Both the position numbers and the translations under genes were made by a program. A stretch of 50,215 nucleotides of DNA from the NCBI GenBank assembly GCA_023264615.1, contig JAHFLU010000001.1, positions 1 to 50,215 of the forward strand, given 5' to 3'. The notes beneath the pieces were generated by a model that saw nothing but the letters and a program-made list of their open reading frames with translations, was not told where the DNA came from and ran no database searches. Origin of the DNA: a bacterium (GTDB lineage: Bacteria; Patescibacteriota; Minisyncoccia; Phycocordibacterales; VMGT01). Shown one piece after another: positions 46,581 through 50,215 of the stretch (positions within the stretch are counted from its first letter, which is position 1; every line of letters begins with the position of its first letter).

Positions 46581-46983
46581 GCTCCAAACGAGAAAGCCCC
46601 AGTCAATGTTACTTGACTGGGGCCAAAGGGATCGGCATTCATGGAAAGCCGGACACCAAATGCGTACCCAATAGGGGTAAGTCGCCTTGTGCCGGGCCAG
46701 CTAACGAGCCGCGCACAAATACCGATCCATTGTTATAACCGTGTAAACACGTTTTTTTATGCGGTGGCTGTTTCCGCGACGTGTTTACACCTCGAAACAA
46801 CAGCCATATAAGATAAAGAGTGAGCGTGCCTTTTGCACCACACAAGGCTGCAGTCCCTATGTAAAGACCCACTCAACTGCAGAGGAGTATAGCATACTTG
46901 TATATAATGTCAAGTTTTTCGAAAATAACGCTTCTCTTGAGCCGTTATTTTTCTTATCGTTGCCTTATGCGAGAACAAGCGTG

Positions 46984-49851
46984 CTATAGGGCAAAAAGAC
47001 TATTCATTTTAGTCCGAGTTTTTACACCGACAACACCTGTCCCCCTCACAAGACCTGCGGGAGTAAGAACCTCCGACATGTATTTTTCCTGGAATCGTAT
47101 AACCGCTGCTTTTGTAAAGGCTCCAAAGTATCCGGTAATCTTACCTTCAGGATATACATTCTCCTGCACAAGCAACTTTTGAAGTGCTGTAACATCAGGA
47201 CCACGTGCACCCATTTTAAGCGTTCTTGAGAGCTTACCTGTCACTTTCCCTTCTGTTGGTGCGGTATTTTGCGATACTGCTACGGTTGTAGAGATTTTCG
47301 GAGTTGAGGAAAGAGAAACACTATTGCCGATCGCAACAGCACTTACTTGAGTCATATTGTTCGATTCATTACCTGCAGGATCAACGGCGCGCACCGTGTA
47401 GTGATACGCAAGTCCGCTTGAAAGTCCCGTACTGTCTGTGTATTCTGTCGCTCGCAATTCAGGAACAATGATCGCACCGAGTATTCCTTTCTTATCCGAA
47501 CGGTATATTTTTGTGTGATCAAAATCTTTTACGGGATTGCTCCATAAAATTTTAATTTTACCCGTTCCCAGCGCAAGCGCCGCCGATACAATAGGTGCTT
47601 GCGGCGGAGTAATATCAGCAGGAGCAAGAACTGCATAACGAGTAAAATGATTGACAGATGCTGTAACCGTATTTTGCGCGGCGTTAACAATCGAATTTTC
47701 AACATTCTTCCATGCACTGACTCCTTCGTCCCAGAAACTCAACACAAGAGTATTCTCATTAACACCCAGCGCAGTAATGTCGGCATCAGCATAGGGAATC
47801 GTAATAACAACTTCATGTGTAAACTTTGTAATATTCTCTCCTGAATCATTCGATGCGGTGAAATCATATGCCGTACCAACAACTTTTGTCTGTCCTTGAG
47901 AAGGAGCACGGGTATCAGGCACAACAGCAATCGCCACGGTTCCTGCGTCCGAAAAAGCCCCTGCCGGAGCAACGACCCTCGGTCCATCACCCGCGACAGT
48001 AACAACAGAAGGTAATGTGGCATCAGTCTTTACAATTGCTGCCTTTGGCAAAACTTTCGCTCTATGAAGTTCGACGTCATGCGTTACAAGTGTCGTCGCA
48101 ACATCAACCACTACTTCGTCAGCACGATATTCCGTGCCGAGAACATGTGCAGCCGCAACAACCACCCAGGAAGTATTGGGGGGTACACGCAATGAATATG
48201 CGCCGCTCTCATTGGAAAAAGTCTCCTGATATCCACCTGCCTTTGACCATGCCCAAACGAAAGCATTCGATACGGGAGCACCATTGCTATACACCAGTCC
48301 CGATATTGCGAGTTCAGGTCTCTGCAGTTCGAAATTGACCGTTACATGCGAACCCGTGGCATCAATGCGCCGTTCTTTCGCATTGATATAGCCACGATCC
48401 GCCCGCACAAATGTTTTAATATAATACGTACCGGGAGCAACCGTTGTCGAAAAATACCCTTTGGCATCAGTTGTTATTTTTCGCACAATCTCAAGACTGT
48501 TCGTACTCATTGCATCTGGAGAATACTGCCCCTTGCCGATCGCAATGTACACATCGCTCACACCGACATCATTTTCGTCCAAAACAGATCCATCTAAGAC
48601 AACCACAGCTCGTTCAAGCGAGAAATTTCTTTCGACTTTTAGATTAGCTGCAGAAATATCAACACTGAACTGTCGGCTACCGGAGTAGACAAAACCGCTC
48701 CCCGCCGGTACTTCAATACCTATAAGCCATGTTCCCGGTGCAACATGCATAGTGTATGAACCATCTGCCAAAATAGGGGTCTCCTGCCACGCACCTTCTT
48801 TGTTTGATCCAATAATCCGTCCCTTCACGTCGTTTGCCTGGATCACGCCTTCAAAGACCTGACCGGTGATCGTTATTGTGTTTGCAGTTGCAATAAATTT
48901 TACCGCTTTCGTGTCAGTGATTGTAATCTGTTGCGGGAGAGAAACCGTATATCCGCTTCCCGGAGAAAGAAACATGCGTACATAGTAGGTGCCTGGGAGT
49001 ACCTGTACTGAAAATGTTCCGTTTGAAAACGATACTCCGGCTGCTCGTCCCAGTTTTGTATCACTATAAAAAACTTCAGCAAAGCCAGCGAGCGCAAGCG
49101 GAGCTCCTTGTACATCCACCAGTGTACCTGTTATCGTCGCACTTCCCTGCGGCTGCTCGTTGATCAGCAATTTCTGTTCTTCTACGCTTTGAGCTTGTAT
49201 CACAACAGGTGGCGGCGCTGTCATAGAAGAAAGGCTGGTATTTTGTTCTGTGTTTGAAGTTTGAAGAGTCGTATTTGTTTCTGTGGCTGTAGGGGATGTC
49301 GTCATTACAGTACCAGAGACAACTTCAACGCCGATTGCGTTCGACTCTGGTGAACAGCCGGCATTGTTGCAAGCACGAATGCGAAAATAATTTTTTCCCG
49401 GCTCTACGGTCAATGTTGCCGTCATTTGATTTGCAGGAACGGAAAGAATTTCTTTATTCGGCACAAGAGATGTCTGTACATATATCTTGAATTGATCTTC
49501 GGTCGAAGAATTGTCCATCCATGAAAAAACAACTTCGGGACCATTTTGATGTGTCAGTACAAATTTCGTTGGTACCTCAGGAACATTTATGAGCGGCGTC
49601 TCGGTCACGCTTGAAGATGTCGTGGTACTTGTTGTGCCTATTGTTCCCATAAACCCAAGACACGCATCAGCATCGGTCACAATTCTTTCGGTAGACATGC
49701 AGTATGTCCTGCACTCCTCAAACGACGCACAGATCCTGCCCGAGGGGAGAGTATATGGAAAAGTTGTTACCGACTGTGCAAAAACCGTGCCGATAACAAA
49801 AGAGCTGAATGCGACAAACAGACCTCCAAAGACAATAAATATTTTTTTCAT
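46984..49851 (-). CDS. Large secreted cell-surface protein with FN3-like and carboxypeptidase-regulatory-like beta-sandwich repeats and a C-terminal peptidoglycan-binding domain
   Basis: Signal peptide MKKIFIVFGGLFVAFSSFVIGTVFAQS. C-terminal GARGPDVTALQKLLVQENVYPEGKITGYFGAFTKAAVIRFQEKY matches the PG_binding_1 pattern. Confidence 0.7.
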   Translation of the reverse strand: MKKIFIVFGGLFVAFSSFVIGTVFAQSVTTFPYTLPSGRICASFEECRTYCMSTERIVTDADACLGFMGTIGTTSTTTSSSVTETPLINVPEVPTKFVLTHQNGPEVVFSWMDNSSTEDQFKIYVQTSLVPNKEILSVPANQMTATLTVEPGKNYFRIRACNNAGCSPESNAIGVEVVSGTVMTTSPTATETNTTLQTSNTEQNTSLSSMTAPPPVVIQAQSVEEQKLLINEQPQGSATITGTLVDVQGAPLALAGFAEVFYSDTKLGRAAGVSFSNGTFSVQVLPGTYYVRMFLSPGSGYTVSLPQQITITDTKAVKFIATANTITITGQVFEGVIQANDVKGRIIGSNKEGAWQETPILADGSYTMHVAPGTWLIGIEVPAGSGFVYSGSRQFSVDISAANLKVERNFSLERAVVVLDGSVLDENDVGVSDVYIAIGKGQYSPDAMSTNSLEIVRKITTDAKGYFSTTVAPGTYYIKTFVRADRGYINAKERRIDATGSHVTVNFELQRPELAISGLVYSNGAPVSNAFVWAWSKAGGYQETFSNESGAYSLRVPPNTSWVVVAAAHVLGTEYRADEVVVDVATTLVTHDVELHRAKVLPKAAIVKTDATLPSVVTVAGDGPRVVAPAGAFSDAGTVAIAVVPDTRAPSQGQTKVVGTAYDFTASNDSGENITKFTHEVVITIPYADADITALGVNENTLVLSFWDEGVSAWKNVENSIVNAAQNTVTASVNHFTRYAVLAPADITPPQAPIVSAALALGTGKIKILWSNPVKDFDHTKIYRSDKKGILGAIIVPELRATEYTDSTGLSSGLAYHYTVRAVDPAGNESNNMTQVSAVAIGNSVSLSSTPKISTTVAVSQNTAPTEGKVTGKLSRTLKMGARGPDVTALQKLLVQENVYPEGKITGYFGAFTKAAVIRFQEKYMSEVLTPAGLVRGTGVVGVKTRTKMNSLFAL

Positions 49852-49940
49852 AAATCAAGCGAGAGGCCGTATTAGCCAGGCCTATGTTTTAAGCCTAGCA
49901 GAATTTACGATACTCTGCAGAACACTATCCACAACTCGTG

Positions 49941-50215
49941 CTACTTTTGATCTTGCTTTTCAAAATATTTTTGATGGTAGTCCTCTGCTTCGTAGAATGT
50001 TTCAGCCGGGATGATTTGTGTCACAATTGGATGTTTGTACTTTTTTGAATCTTCCAATTCATTTTTCATATGCAGAGCAGCTTCTTTTTGCGCCCCTCCA
50101 TGATAAAAAACAACAGAACGATATTGCTCTCCAATATCCGGCCCCTGCTCATTCATCGTCGTCGGATCATGATTTTCCCAGAAAAGTCGCAGGAGCGTTT
50201 CGTAAGAAATTTGCT
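49941..50215 (-). CDS. msrA: Peptide methionine sulfoxide reductase MsrA (C-terminal part; the N-terminus lies beyond the window end)
   Basis: GPDIGEQYRSVVFYHGGAQKEAA...IVTQIIPAETFYEAEDYHQKYFEKQ matches the conserved MsrA C-terminal blocks. Confidence 0.8.
   Translation of the reverse strand, partial: QISYETLLRLFWENHDPTTMNEQGPDIGEQYRSVVFYHGGAQKEAALHMKNELEDSKKYKHPIVTQIIPAETFYEAEDYHQKYFEKQDQK

Noticed and set aside
46600-46960. Possible RNase P RNA, SRP RNA or tmRNA
   Set aside because: Short islands resemble conserved blocks (ggaaagccgg, aatagggg, gtgccggg), but order and spacing fit none of these RNAs. No tmRNA 3' end (ttcgattcc...cca) is present. I keep it only as an unclassified structured region.
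1-50215. CRISPR arrays and tRNA/rRNA genes
   Set aside because: I found no regularly spaced direct repeats and no GTTCGANTC T-loop contexts in the intergenic regions I inspected. These cannot be fully excluded without a tRNAscan / Infernal run.

Overview
This 50.2-kb window is a densely packed bacterial chromosomal segment of about 47% GC. Shine-Dalgarno sites are visible at some starts and absent at others. I see no rRNA, tRNA or CRISPR array by eye. About 38 protein-coding genes can be supported from the translations.

Left end (1-6.8 kb), minus strand: a MoxR-type AAA+ ATPase, two VWA (MIDAS DxSxS) membrane proteins and two companion membrane/secreted proteins, resembling a Bat/aerotolerance-like cluster.

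7-15.5 kb: pyrF, then an operon of ECF sigma factor, anti-sigma, a secreted coiled-coil protein and a histidine kinase. A Cys/Met-family PLP enzyme, a stand-alone HNH nuclease, a tandem-REC response regulator and a PAS histidine kinase follow.

15.5-20.8 kb: a giant 1728-aa secreted protein with BNR beta-propeller repeats, several FN3-like domains and a C-terminal TlpA/redoxin fold whose CxxC is replaced by SxxS.

20.8-26.3 kb: a multi-TM, Cache-like sensor with no output domain lies convergent with an operon of degenerate HK-like protein, soluble HK and REC-only regulator. A membrane-anchored beta-helix protein follows.

26.3-33 kb: housekeeping genes (SAM methyltransferase, HAD hydrolase, EEP nuclease, 2-oxoacid dehydrogenase E1 alpha/beta).

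33.1-38.2 kb: two large convergent proteins of unknown function. One (607 aa) carries a minimal nucleotidyltransferase GS...DxD motif. The other (1061 aa) has a C-terminal LOG/SLOG-like Rossmann domain. This is my main candidate for an undescribed nucleotide-signalling or conflict module.

38.3-46.6 kb: homogentisate dioxygenase-like and ALDH4-type P5C dehydrogenase genes, a flotillin, another HK/REC pair and an HExxH metalloprotease.

Right end: a 955-aa cell-surface protein with a peptidoglycan-binding domain, and a partial msrA.

A 123-bp element with terminal inverted repeats and target-site duplications (a MITE) occurs twice, at 13276-13398 and 39610-39732, in inverted orientation. The two copies bracket about 26 kb. 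Several clean Rho-independent terminators and a perfect 19-bp palindromic operator are visible.
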